DNA of 64,000 nt from Macrostomum lignano (lineage: Eukaryota): assembly GCA_002269645.1 (NCBI GenBank), contig NIVC01001082.1, forward strand, positions 1 through 64,000. The letters run 5' to 3'. Of the stretch, positions 31,860 through 43,600 are shown piece by piece. Numbering within the stretch: position 1 is the first letter of the stretch; each line of letters starts with the position of its first letter. Below the pieces are notes generated by a model. It was not told where the DNA came from, made no database searches, and saw only the letters and a list, made by a program, of their open reading frames with translations. The position numbers and the translations under genes are program-made.

Positions 31860-32882
31860 CATCCTTTAAAACTTCCATCTTCTTTTCTGTTTCCTATCTT
31901 CTCTCACGTCTCTCGTCTCCTCTTTTTCTCCTCTTATCTCTTCTTTCTTCTCTTCTCTGTCCTCTCTCCTCTCTCCCCTCTTCTCTCGTCTCTTCCCTCT
32001 CCCCTCTATTCTTTTCTCTCACCTCCCTTCTCTCTCGTCTTCGCTCTCTTATATCTCATTTCTCTTCTTTTATCTTCTCTCTCTCTCTTATCTTTTCTCA
32101 TTTCTCTCTTCTCTCTCTCCTCTCTTCTCTCTGCTCTCTCCTGTCCTATCTCTCTTCTCTCTAATCTCTCCTCTCTTTCCTCTCCTCTCTCGTCCTTTTC
32201 ACCAATTTCCCCTGTCCTCTCAATTCTCTCCCTTCCCCTCCTCTCTCCTCACTCACTTCTCATCTCTCCCTTGTCCCCACATCTCATCTCTTATTTCTTA
32301 TCTCTCCTCTCTTCTCTCTACTCTCCCATCTCTCGTCTGTTCACTCTGGTTTCTGCTCTCTCATCTCCCCTCTCTCATCTGTCATCTTTACTCTCATATG
32401 TTCTCTCACCTCTCTCTTCTTGTACTCCTCTCTTTCCCCTTTTTTGACTCAGGACTCTCTTTCCTTTCTTCTTTCTTCTCGTCTCTTCTCTTCTCTCTTC
32501 TATACTCTCTCCCTCTCTTGTCTTCTCTCTTCTCTCTCCACTCTCCTCTCTCCTCTCTTATATCGTCTGTTCACTCTCATCTTTGCTCTCTCATATCCCT
32601 CTCTCTTCTGTCATCTCTACTCTCCTCTCTACTGTGTACTCTTCTCTTTCTCCTCTTCTGACTCCTCTCTTTCCTTACTCCTCTCTTCTCTTCCCTCTTC
32701 TATACTCTCACCCCTCTATTCTCTTCTCTCGTCTCTCTGCACTCTGCTCTCTCTTCCTTCATCTCTCATCTCTACTCTCTCATCTTTCCTTTCATCTCCC
32801 TCATCTCTACAATCTCATCTCTTTTTTCTCTCCTCCTCTTCCCTTTACTCTATCATCTCTCCTTTGTCCTCTCTTCTTTCTC

Positions 32883-32946
<64 letters not shown>

Positions 32947-33378
32947 TCTTATCTCCTCTCTTCTCACTCCTCTCTCTCCCCCTCTTATCTCCTCTCTTCT
33001 CTATCCTTTCTAATCTCTTCTCTCGATGCTCTCTCATTTGCCTCTCTGTTCTCTCATCTCTCATCTCTTCTCACTCTTCTCCACTCTCCTCTCTCATCGA
33101 TCCTCTGTCTCATCTCTCCCCTCTTCTCTCTCCATCTTCTCACCTCTACTATTTCGTCTCCCTTCTCTCTCCCCCCTCTCGCTTCTTCGTCCCATATTCT
33201 CTGCTCTCTCCTCAACCCCCTCGTCTCTCCTGTTATCTTCTATCTGCTCTCTTATCCCCCCTCTCGCCCCTTCTCCCTTTCTAATAGTCTATTCCTTTTC
33301 CTTTTCACTCTCATCTAGCCCGCAGCCATGAGTTGGATTCTTTATCTGGCCTTTGAGATAAAAATCTGCCGATCCCTG
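31860..33378. repeat. Degenerate CT-rich tract ending in a hAT-MITE right end
   Basis: Polypyrimidine tract followed by catctagcccgcagccatga...tctgccgatccctg, similar to 21160-21228. Confidence 0.75.
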
Positions 33379-34604
33379 CTTCGAAAGCCAGTTTGTGCAT
33401 GGGATGGGAAGTAATACTATCATGGTTGTTATTTGTTATCATTTCTCATGCTTTAATCGCGTCATCTTTCTGGCCAATTAGCAGCCCTGAGAGGAATTTG
33501 TGTATCTCCATTCTCCAGCTCCACCACCAGTCTGCAGCAGTCTAACAACCAAGGAAATACGCATTTCTTCGTAGCCATTTAAATTTTAAAGTTACCTTAT
33601 GCGAATCTTAATGTTAAAAGCTTCATGCTGTAACTAACTAATTTAGTAGGATTGCATTGTAATCAGTTATTCATTAATTTTTCGATATTTTTACAAACCA
33701 TCCCACATCGCCTTGATTTGCCATCCTTGTTTAACTGCTGCAGACTTGTCTATTCAGAGGACAGTGGTTTGAAATTGAATCCTATATACTAAAAATCTCT
33801 CGCTAAACTCTCTCCTCTCCACGCCTCTCCACTCGCGGGGTACAGAGAAGGCTATTAAAAAGTTATTCCAAAACACTGTACATTCGCTATGTACATTGAG
33901 CCCTATCGCCTGACCCTTCGTCTGGCTCTGGGGGAATGAGTGAGTGAGTGGCACAAACAACAGAAAAAGCAGACAAACTTTACATGCTTACAGTTTCTGT
34001 TCTGATTGAGTTAGAGAGTTGAAACTTTACATTTAGACAGAGAATAAGTCAATGAAGAATTGTGTCAAGTTTGAAGTCAATCGCGTTACTTGGAGCAAAC
34101 TTATGGCAGCTGAAAGTTAGTCAATTTTGAAACCCTTTTACACATCTGGGCCCAGATCGGGAAAGAGAGGCAGGCGGGCGGAGGTTGGGGTGGCTGCCTC
34201 GCTGAAAAAAACAGCCTAAGTTTAAAAGTGCACAGCACCGCTCAGGATTAACTTTGAGACTCGAAATTTTACATGGTTGTGCCAAAATAGTTTAAGATTA
34301 GTTGTGTCAAATTTGAAGAGAATCGGTAGAAGCGGAGCGGCGCTATGGAGGATTTAGTGAAAAAATCGCGCATTTTGAGCAGTTTTTTGTACTTTTAGGT
34401 AGGAAGACTTGAGTCTAGGAAGTTAAAAGGTAGCCTAAGACATTCTCCGTAGTGAGTTTAGGGTGGGTGTAAAGTTTGGTGTAATTTGGTTGAGTGGTTT
34501 GGGAGTCCATAGCGATCAAAATTGTCCACACACACACACACACACAGAGTTTTGATTTTTATAGGTAGAGATGACAGCTGGTACTCTTTCTGACAGATTG
34601 CACC

Positions 34605-35165
34605 TAAAGACGGCCGCTCCAGCACCCTAAAGACAGCCGCTCCAACACCCTAAAGACCGCTACTCCAACACACCAAAGACAGCCACTCCAGCACCTTAAA
34701 AACAGCCACTCCAACAGACCAAAGACAGCCGCTCCAACACACCAAAGACAGCTACTCCAACACACCAAAGACAGCCACTCCAGCACCTTAAAAACAGCCA
34801 CTCCAACACACCAAAGACAGCTACTCCAACACACCAAAGACAGCCACTCCAACACACCAAAGACAGCCACTCCAGCACACCAAAGACAGCCACTTCAGCA
34901 CCTCAAAACAGCCACTCCAACACACCAAAGACAGCCGCTACAACAAATCAAAGAAAGCCGCTCCAACACACCAAAGACAGCCACTCCAACACATCAAAGA
35001 AAGCCGCTCCAACACACCAAAGACAGCCGCTACAACACACCAAAGACAGCCGCTCCAACACACCAAAGACAGCCGCTACAACACACCAAAGACAGCCGCT
35101 CCAACACACCAAAGACAGCCGCTCCAACACACCAAAGACAGCCACTCCAGCACCTCAAAAAACAG
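34605..35165. repeat. 22-bp minisatellite (ACACCAAAGACAGCCACTCCAAC-like)
   Basis: Direct inspection. Confidence 0.9.
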
Positions 35166-35620
35166 CAGCACAAGTACAAAATTGACTACTGACAAGAGTA
35201 GAAAGTATTAGAACCCGAAAAATGTACGCAGACCACTTGTTAGGGATCCTGCATTGCTATCCTAAAAAAACTGTACACTGTACGCTTCATATGATTATTT
35301 GATGGCTGGGGGTGACAAACTGACCAATCAAAATTGGTAACTCACTAATTGTTGGGAGCTATTGAACGCTGGTTTAAAACAGAAGTAGACACCCCCAGAG
35401 CCAATGGTTTCCTCGTTATCTGCATCTTTATAAGCCAATCGCAAATGATCAACTCATGGCTATGCTATTCCTCGACTAATGAATGCGTACCCATAGCCCA
35501 CAGCTGCAGGTATTATAATTAATGATCAGGCCAGTTTAATTTAATTAAAAAGGGGCTGAAAAACCATCCGGCAGAGAGGTAGCAGGTATACAGTTATCAT
35601 TATCATTCTGACTTGCGGCA

Positions 35621-36707
35621 ATGAGATCGGGTAAGCTTCATCAATTCATAAATCATATTTCAGCTTCGATAAAAATTAAAATCAATTACATTGTTAACTG
35701 GCCCAGCAATTCTAACTGAATTCGGTTCCGCAGGAAATCTTCTTCTAGGAGCGCTGCAACTGCTCGGCTGTGTGGCTATCGGCCAGAGCAAGTCGGCGGA
35801 CTCGTGGACTCAGATGCAGGCTCAGTGTCAGGACGCGTCAGCCGCAATCCACCAGGCCAAAGTGCTCAATGAGCGGCACTGCACGATGCAAGCCTCTGAC
35901 GCATTCTCATCTGGCCTCATCGTTGCCCAGTTCAACCTGCAGACTCTCGAATGCAGCCTGTTCCGCTACCAGTCCGTGTGCCGCAGTCTGGCCTCCGGTT
36001 CAAGCAGCCACTGCCGACTGTTCATTCGATTTCCCATGGAGTACCCGGCTCGGTTCCACCCGAATCTGACCAAAGTCTGGCTCGGAGAAGACTTAACCAG
36101 ATTTGAGAACCTGCTGTGCCAGACAGACGAAGACATGAACAGAATGCATCCGGTCGATGTGCAGTGGACGCAAGAAGGCGCCAAGTTCAATGGGAACGGA
36201 TCGCATCTGGTCTTGAACAAGAGTGACATCGGATTCACCAGTGGCGGCACGGTCCTGATTCGGTTTAAAAGGAAACCGCAGGTCCAGCCGCTCTTTGAGT
36301 TCACTGATTGTGCCGATTTCACTGCTGGATCACCATACAACCACCTCTGGGAATACGACGCACCATCGAAGCTTTACGCCCTTTTCGGAACAGTTGTTGG
36401 CAATCTTCTACAAATATACCAGTCGGGCTCAGTCATGTCTGCCAGCGAAGACGACTGGGTGGATTTTGGCTTCACAACGAGTCCAACAGGCGATCTCTGG
36501 GGCATGTTTCTCAACAACGCCTTCCTGGCCCAGGGCGGCATCAACGTCGTTACAAATTACGGTCCCGTTCCGTCAATCAGCTGCCTCCGATTCGGCAAAC
36601 GAGTCGGCGAACCAACAAAGTTTAATGGAACCGTGAAAGCCATCGCAATCGGCGGCAGCGTCATGACAGAGAGCGAGATCCGGGAGTTCTTCGCTCTGCT
36701 GCCCTGA
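35621..36707 (+). CDS. Secreted PAN-like + ConA/LamG-like protein (327 aa); exon 1 35621-35630, exon 2 35734-36707
   Basis: ATGAGATCGG|gtaagc...ctaac...ccgcag|GA gives a phase-1 intron and a signal peptide MRSGNLLLGALQLLGCVAIG. Cys spacing is PAN-like; the C-terminus is beta-rich (FNGNGSHL..FNGTVKAIAI...SEI). Confidence 0.7.
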
Positions 36708-36959
36708 CTTGAGATTTGACGACTTGAGATTTGAGATCAGATTCGAAAGTAATAACAAAATAATATTATTTATTACGCTCGTAACCCAGTTATTAAAACC
36801 GTTCTCCTTTTTAATGTGATTTTTTATAAGCTCGATTACTGCTTCAAGAGGTTTCTCAATCGAAAGGAAATTATTCGACCGTATGCTTCTCGCACAGTAG
36901 ATCGAGACCAAAGATACTAGAATAACTAGATGTGGCGACTCAGCAAATTTGCCTGCCAA

Positions 36960-37295
36960 CTACTTTCAGTTCAGTAGTAAGTTAAACAGAAGCATTTTAA
37001 TGTATTTTTAAAGCTAAGGCATATTGGTTCTTACCCCAGGCCCTGCAGCTTAAACCCTCTAACTGCGAATTTTTCCACTACCCCCCGACCCGCCCTGATT
37101 TTTATTGCCTTTCTTGGAAATTCCAGCCTAAAGCTGCCATGTAGATTTCAGTGGACTGGCTAATGTACATTATTGCTGAACCAATTAGCAAGATGTTTAA
37201 GCCTGCAAGCTTGGGCTTCTAAACTTGTCAGTCATTTTGAGCTGCCTTTATTTTTATAGCTTATGTATTCTTCTTTGCTACTGAACTGAAAGTAG
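36960..37295. mobile_element. Putative MITE with 18-bp TIR CTACTTTCAGTTCAGTAG
   Basis: Perfect inverted repeat 36960-36977 / 37278-37295; no clear TSD. Confidence 0.55.
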
Positions 37296-37999
37296 AAAGC
37301 TGGTTTACAAAGTAAATATGCCTGAGTTGCCCATGTACGAGGTAGTGTATTTTAGTATCTGTGATCGAGACAGATGAATCCAAGGCATACTTTTCGCGAC
37401 TTCCTTAGTCATTTCCTTAGTTCATCTGCACTTGTTTCTGTTTACTCTGTTTTTATCTCCCTCTCTGTCTAGTTATCTCTGCTATTCTTATCTCTCTCCC
37501 TCGCTGCTTTCTGATTGGCTCTTCAATCTCGCGAATTCCACCCCTACTCTTCTTACTTGTACTCGTCTCAACCCCAGCCTAATTTAATACACTCATTTTG
37601 GCCCTGAGCCCCACTTACTTTCTTATTTGTTATCAACTCTAATTAAGTATACTCGTAGCCTATCTTAATTTTCTCTCTACATGGTGCCCGACACAAAGTG
37701 CTTGTTAGCACTGTAAATCAGGACAGATGGCCTAAAAGGATACTTAGCGTAGTTGTTCTCATTTCTAGAAGTTCCTACGAAAACTATGTTATAAGCGCTT
37801 CTCTAATCTCTGTTAATCTCAAATGTAATAAATAATTTTTTCATACAAGTAAATTTCGTAAAGGAAGCCGTATCCGTATTTTTCTGAATGGGACTTTTTT
37901 CAACGTTTCTTCGTGAAGTCTTTTGATCAAATTGAATTCGATGACACATTACATCGGCCCAAAAGTTGCGGCCAACTCAGAGCTCGAAGTTGTTGCTGT

Positions 38000-38460
38000 C
38001 TCACCAAATTCTGTGTCCAGAAAGTCCAGCACTCCTTGCCCCGACCTGTCGCACCAGATTCTTTGTCCAGAAAGTCCAGCACTCCTTGCCCCGACCTGTC
38101 TCACCAGATTCTGTGTCCAGAAAGTCCAGCACTCCTTGCCCCGACCTGTCTCACCAGATTCTGTGTCCAGCACTCCCTGCCTCGGACTGTCTCACCAGAT
38201 TCTGTGTCCAGAAAGTCCAGCACTCCTTGCCCCGACCTGTCTCACCAGATTCTGTGTCCAGCACTCCCTGCCTCGGACTGTCTCACCAGATTCTGTGTCC
38301 AGAAAGTCCAGCACTCCTTGCCCCGACCTGTCTCACCAGATTCTGTGTCCAGCACTGCCTCGGACCGTCTCACCAGATTCTGTGTCCAGCACTCCCTGCC
38401 TCGGACCGTCTCACCAGATTCTGTGTCCAGTACTCCCTGCCACGGACCGTCTCACCAAAT
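38000..38460. repeat. 37-47-bp minisatellite (GTCCAG(AAAGTCCAG)CACTCC...CACCAGATTCTGT)
   Basis: Direct inspection. Confidence 0.9.
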
Positions 38461-38861
38461 ACTCACCCCAGTGGACCAGTCTAGACAGCTACCTGAGCGA
38501 TAACTTAAGTCCATAAATAATTAATAAGCACTGCACAGTTGCCTTCATAGACTGATTATCCAGGCGTTTATATTTCTACGCTCATAAACTGCCATGCAGA
38601 TGCTACGCGCTTGTTGGATTTATAGCTAAGTTTGCTTAATTGCATGCGCTAGGTACATGTATGCCGTGTGTATGGTGAAATAGACGGCAAGAGATAATCT
38701 AGCTATGTACTCTTTACAAACTGCTGTGTTACAGTGTATAGAAACGCTACAGGCTTTATTATACGGCCGCATCAACTGCAATTCATAATTAAATGTTATG
38801 CATTTCACTGCCACGTCTGGTTAAAGTCAACTGATCTCGAATTGTGCAAATTTTACGCCTA

Positions 38862-39260
38862 GACTACCAGTGGTCCTTGAACTCACTTTGTGGACTACCA
38901 GTGGTCCTTGATCTCACTTTGTGGACTACCAGTGGTCCTTGATCTCACTTTGTGGACTACCAGTGGTCCTTGATCTCACTTTGTGGACTACCAGTGGTCC
39001 TTGATCTCACTTTGTGGACTACCAGTGGTCCTTGAACTCACTTTGTGGACTACCAGTGGTCCTTGATCTCACTTTGTGGACTACCAGTGGTCCTTGAACT
39101 CACCCTCTGGACTACCAGGTGGTCCTTGAACTCACCTGGATTTTCAGTCCTCCTTGATCTCACCTTGGACTGCGAGTGGTCCTTGATCTCACTTTCTGGA
39201 CTACCAGTGGTCCTTGAACTCAATCTCTGGACTACCAATGGTCCTTGATCTCACCTTCTG
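38862..39260. repeat. ~29-bp minisatellite (GGACTACCAGTGGTCCTTGATCTCACTTTGT-like)
   Basis: Direct inspection. Confidence 0.9.
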
Positions 39261-39769
39261 GTGAGATTACACTACAGAGACAGGAACACAAGAAAATTTT
39301 TAAAGCACTTTTTTGATAAGAATCCGTGTCAATAAAAAAACTTAAAATATTAGCGAAACAGTTTTGTTTAACGTTTGGTAAAATAAGTGCAAGCCTTGGC
39401 AACACGATAATAAATTTGTATTCAATATTAACCATTTATTTGAAGCATCGTAACAAACGTGTCAAATACTGACAAAAAATTTCATCGGCTACTGCCTAAG
39501 TTTTTATTTATTGGGAAGAGAAAAACTTTTAGGATTTAGAGCGAGAAAAACGTATTGAGGTAAAAAAGCTAGAGAACAAAGCGCGGTACAAAGTTTTTTA
39601 CACTCAAAAAGTTAGGAAATGACGCTTTATTATTTGTTTAAACGAGTGCACACCAAAAGCTGCGTAACTATCAATAATAATGCAGAATAAAAAAATCATT
39701 TTAACGCAAATACGCAAGAATCGGGAAAAATGCGTTAATATAAAATTGACTTGAACTTGCAAAAAGTTT

Positions 39770-40157
39770 AAGGAGTGGGGTGGGTGCCCATACCGGGCTG
39801 TACATTGCGGCAAAGTGGAGTGATGGGAATGAGCGGGGCAGGGAGCGAGGTGGGTGCCAATAGCGGGCCCTACGTTGAGTCAAAGTGGAGATGAGAGACG
39901 GGAATGAGCGGGGCAGGGAGTGAGGTAGGTGCCCATAGCGGGCTGTACATTGCGGCGAAGTAAGGGACGGGAATGAGCGGGGCAGGGAGTGAGGTGGGTG
40001 CCCATAGCGGGCTGTACATTGCGGCGAAGTGAAGGGACGGGAATGAGCGGGGCAGGGAGTGAGGTGGGTGCCCATAGCGGGCGGTACATTGCGGCGAAGT
40101 GAAGGGACGGGAATGAGCGGGGCGGGGAGTGAGGTGGGTGCCCATAGCGGGCTGTAC
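39770..40157. repeat. ~65-70-bp G-rich minisatellite
   Basis: gggacgggaatgagcggggcagggagtgaggtgggtgcccatagcgggctgtacattgcggcgaag repeats. Confidence 0.85.
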
Positions 40158-40629
40158 GAAGCTATTTCCTCAGAATCGCTGTAAAAATTTCATAGTATTA
40201 AATTCTTGTATTATAATGTGGACAAGTGGTTTTACTCGTAATAGAACACAAAGCAGTATGAACGATTATATGGGTCCATTTTTGCCAGAAGTATAAACTA
40301 TAAAAAGCTACAAAATTTTTATTGAATACGAAACAGACCGACACAGTGGTTCTATGAAAAGAGGAAAAATATCAGAACGCCATATAATATGTTATGAGTA
40401 GTAGAGCAACTGGCGATACATGAAATGATACGAGTTTATAATAAAATTGTTATCATAATAATAAGAAAACAAGTTTTTAAAGATAATATTGCGAGAATGG
40501 CCAACCCAAAATATAATATTATACCTAAAAACTTTTTAACGCATTGTCGATAAAAAATTATTAATTGACTAGATAAATATTAGTAAATAGAAAAAAATCG
40601 AAACAAAAACACACTTCGGTTTGTTTTTT

Positions 40630-43600
40630 TTAGTTCCACTTGAAAAAGCCGATTTTTCGGCTCATTTTTCTGTCACACCAGAGGCCTCTGCTCTGCTGCT
40701 TCGGCGACTCGCCGCCGGTGGTATCGGCAGCCGCACTGGACGACGGTCCAGCGGCAGCAGGAGCAGCGGCAGCTTCTGGGGCAGCGCCGGCGACCGCGGC
40801 AGTCGAAGCAGCCGGAGTAGCTCCAGCAGCAGCAGCAGCGGTCGTGCCGCCGCCGCGACTGGGCAATAATTTAAAGGGCAAAGCGTTTTTTATATACATT
40901 TCCACTGGCAAAGCCAGCAGAGCGACCAGGGCGCCGATGAGGACCAGGCCATACAGGCAGGCAAAGTCGCCAGGCATGAGGGCCATGGACTTGGCTTCGA
41001 AGCTTAGCTGGTCGGAACAGTCCCGGTTTTTAGTCCACCAGATGTCCTTGGTGGCTGTGAGCTGGCCGGACATCTTCACCTTCAGGATGGCTTCGTTGAG
41101 TATGCAGCGCAGAGAAGAGTCTGGCAGGGTCACGGAGGAGTGCAGCGGTAGCGTAAAGCTAAGGCTTACAATGTGGCCTAGTAACTGAGGATCTAGGAGG
41201 CTGGCCCAGCAACTGAGGATCTAGGAGGCTGGCCCAGCAACTGAGGATCTAGGAGGCTGGCTCAGCAACTGAGGATCTGGGAGGCTGACCCAGCAACTGA
41301 GGATCTGGGATGCTGGCCCAGCAACTGAGGATCTGGGATGCTGGCTCAGCAACTGATGATCTGGGAGGCTGGCACAGCAACTGAGGATCTGGGAGGCTGG
41401 CTCAGCAACTGATGATCTGGGAGGCTGGCTCAGCAACTGATGATCTGGGAGGCTGGCACAGCAACTGAGGATCTGGGAGGCTGGCATAGCAACTGAGGAT
41501 CCTTGAGGCTGGCCCAGCAACCGACACTCTGGGAGGCTGGCCCAGCAACTGACACTCTGGGAGGCTGGCCCAGCAACTGACACTCTGGGAGGCTGGCCCA
41601 GCAACTGACACTCTGGGAGGCTGGCCCAGCAACTGAGGATCTGGGAGGTTGGCTCAGCAACTGAGGATCTGGGATGCTGGCCCAGCAACTGAGGATCTGG
41701 GATGCTGGCCCAGCAACTGAGGATCTGGGAGGCTGGCACAGCAACTGAGGATCTGGGAGGCTGGCATAGCAACTGAGGATCCTTGAGGCTGGCCCAGCAA
41801 CTGAGGATCTGGGAGGCTGGCCCAGCAACTGAGGATCTGGGAGGCTTGCCCAGCAACTGACACTCTGGGAAATCGAGCTTAACAATCAAGGAGTGAAAGT
41901 AAGTAAAAGGTGAAAAGCACCCTGCGCCAGAAAATGATGCACATGTACTTACTTTTGGCTACAGCCAGAGCAAAGTCTAGGGTGGTGATGCCAGTAGCGG
42001 CGGCGATGAGGTCGCAGTTGATGCTGGTGTAGTACTCGGCTGTCAGGCTCTCGGCTAGGAAAGCGTAGTTGCCTGTCTTGGCCCGGCTGATGCCCTGCAG
42101 CACCGTGTTGGCCAGGCTGTCCGGGTTGTCGCGCAGGTATTTGTCGGCCCGCTTGAAGCTGGGCAGCTTGGAGGACTGCGTTGGAATGCGTGGAATAGGG
42201 GTTTGATTCCCTTACTATATTAGGTTCTTAGCCATTAGGTAGATCATCAGGTTTTTAGCCTAACTTATTAGGTCATTAGGTTACCCTATTTGGGCATTAG
42301 GCAATCCTATGAGGCCATGAGACTACCATATTAGGTTATTGACCTTCCTATATTAGGTCATCAGCTTTACCCTATTAGGTCATGAGACTACTCTATTAGT
42401 CTCATGAGTAGCATAGTCATTAGGAAATTCTATTAGGCCATTAGGTAGACCATATTAGATCATTAGGTAATATCCTATTAGATCATTAGCCTACTTTATT
42501 AGGCCATTAGGCAATTCTATTAGGTCATGAGACCACCATATCAGGTCATTAGGTAACCCTATTAGATCATTAGCCTACCATATTAGGTCTTTAGCCTACT
42601 CTATCAGGTCATAAGTCTATCCATATTAGTTCATTAGACTACCAGACCGGGTTATTAGTCTATTAGGTTTTAAGTGATCTAGGAATCAAGTGATTTAAGG
42701 ATTTTTGTGGTTAATCAGAGGCTGGGACATTGATACGCTTGACATGAAACAGAGCCAAACGACTCAAAGACATCTAGATGATTAATTAAAACTCAATCCC
42801 CACCTTGAACATGTTGTGCGAAGCGGCGCCCTTGAGCACACCGTAGGGAATTTTCGATTGACCAACCAATTCTTCGAAGCTTTCAAACGGCGGCTGAAGG
42901 CGTTTAATAGCCAGACGGTCGTTGAGCACGGGGCCCATGTTGCCGATGTAGCAGGCCACGGTGACCAGGGTGAACAGCCACCACACGCTGGCTAGAATCC
43001 GGATGGCTGGCGACTTCGGCGTGCGAGCGAAGCCTGCAGGTTGTATTTGGCAAAGTTTATAAAGTACTGGCATAGCAACAATTAATCTGGCATAGCAACA
43101 ATCAATCTGGCATAGCAACAATCAATCTGGCATACCAACAATTAATATGGCATAGCAACAATCAATCTGGCATAGCAACAGTCAATCCGGCATAGCAACA
43201 GTCAATCTGGCATAGCAACAATCAATCTGGCATAGCAACAATCAATCCGGCATAGCAACAGCCAAGCTGGCATAGCAAAAATCAATCTGGCATAGCAACA
43301 ATTAATCTGGCATAGCAACAGCCAATCTGGCATAGCAACAGCCAATCTGGCATAGCAAAAATCAATCTGGCATAGCAACAATCAATCTGGCATAGCAACA
43401 GCCAATCTGGCATAGTAACAGCCAGTCTAGCATAGCAACAGCCAATTTGGCATAGCAACAATTAATCTGGCATAGCAACAGCCAATCTGGCATAGCAAAA
43501 ATCAATCTGGCATAGCAACAATTAATCTGGCATAGCAACAGCCAATCTGGCATAGTAACAGCCAGTCTAGCATAGCAACAGCCAATTTGGCATAGCAACA

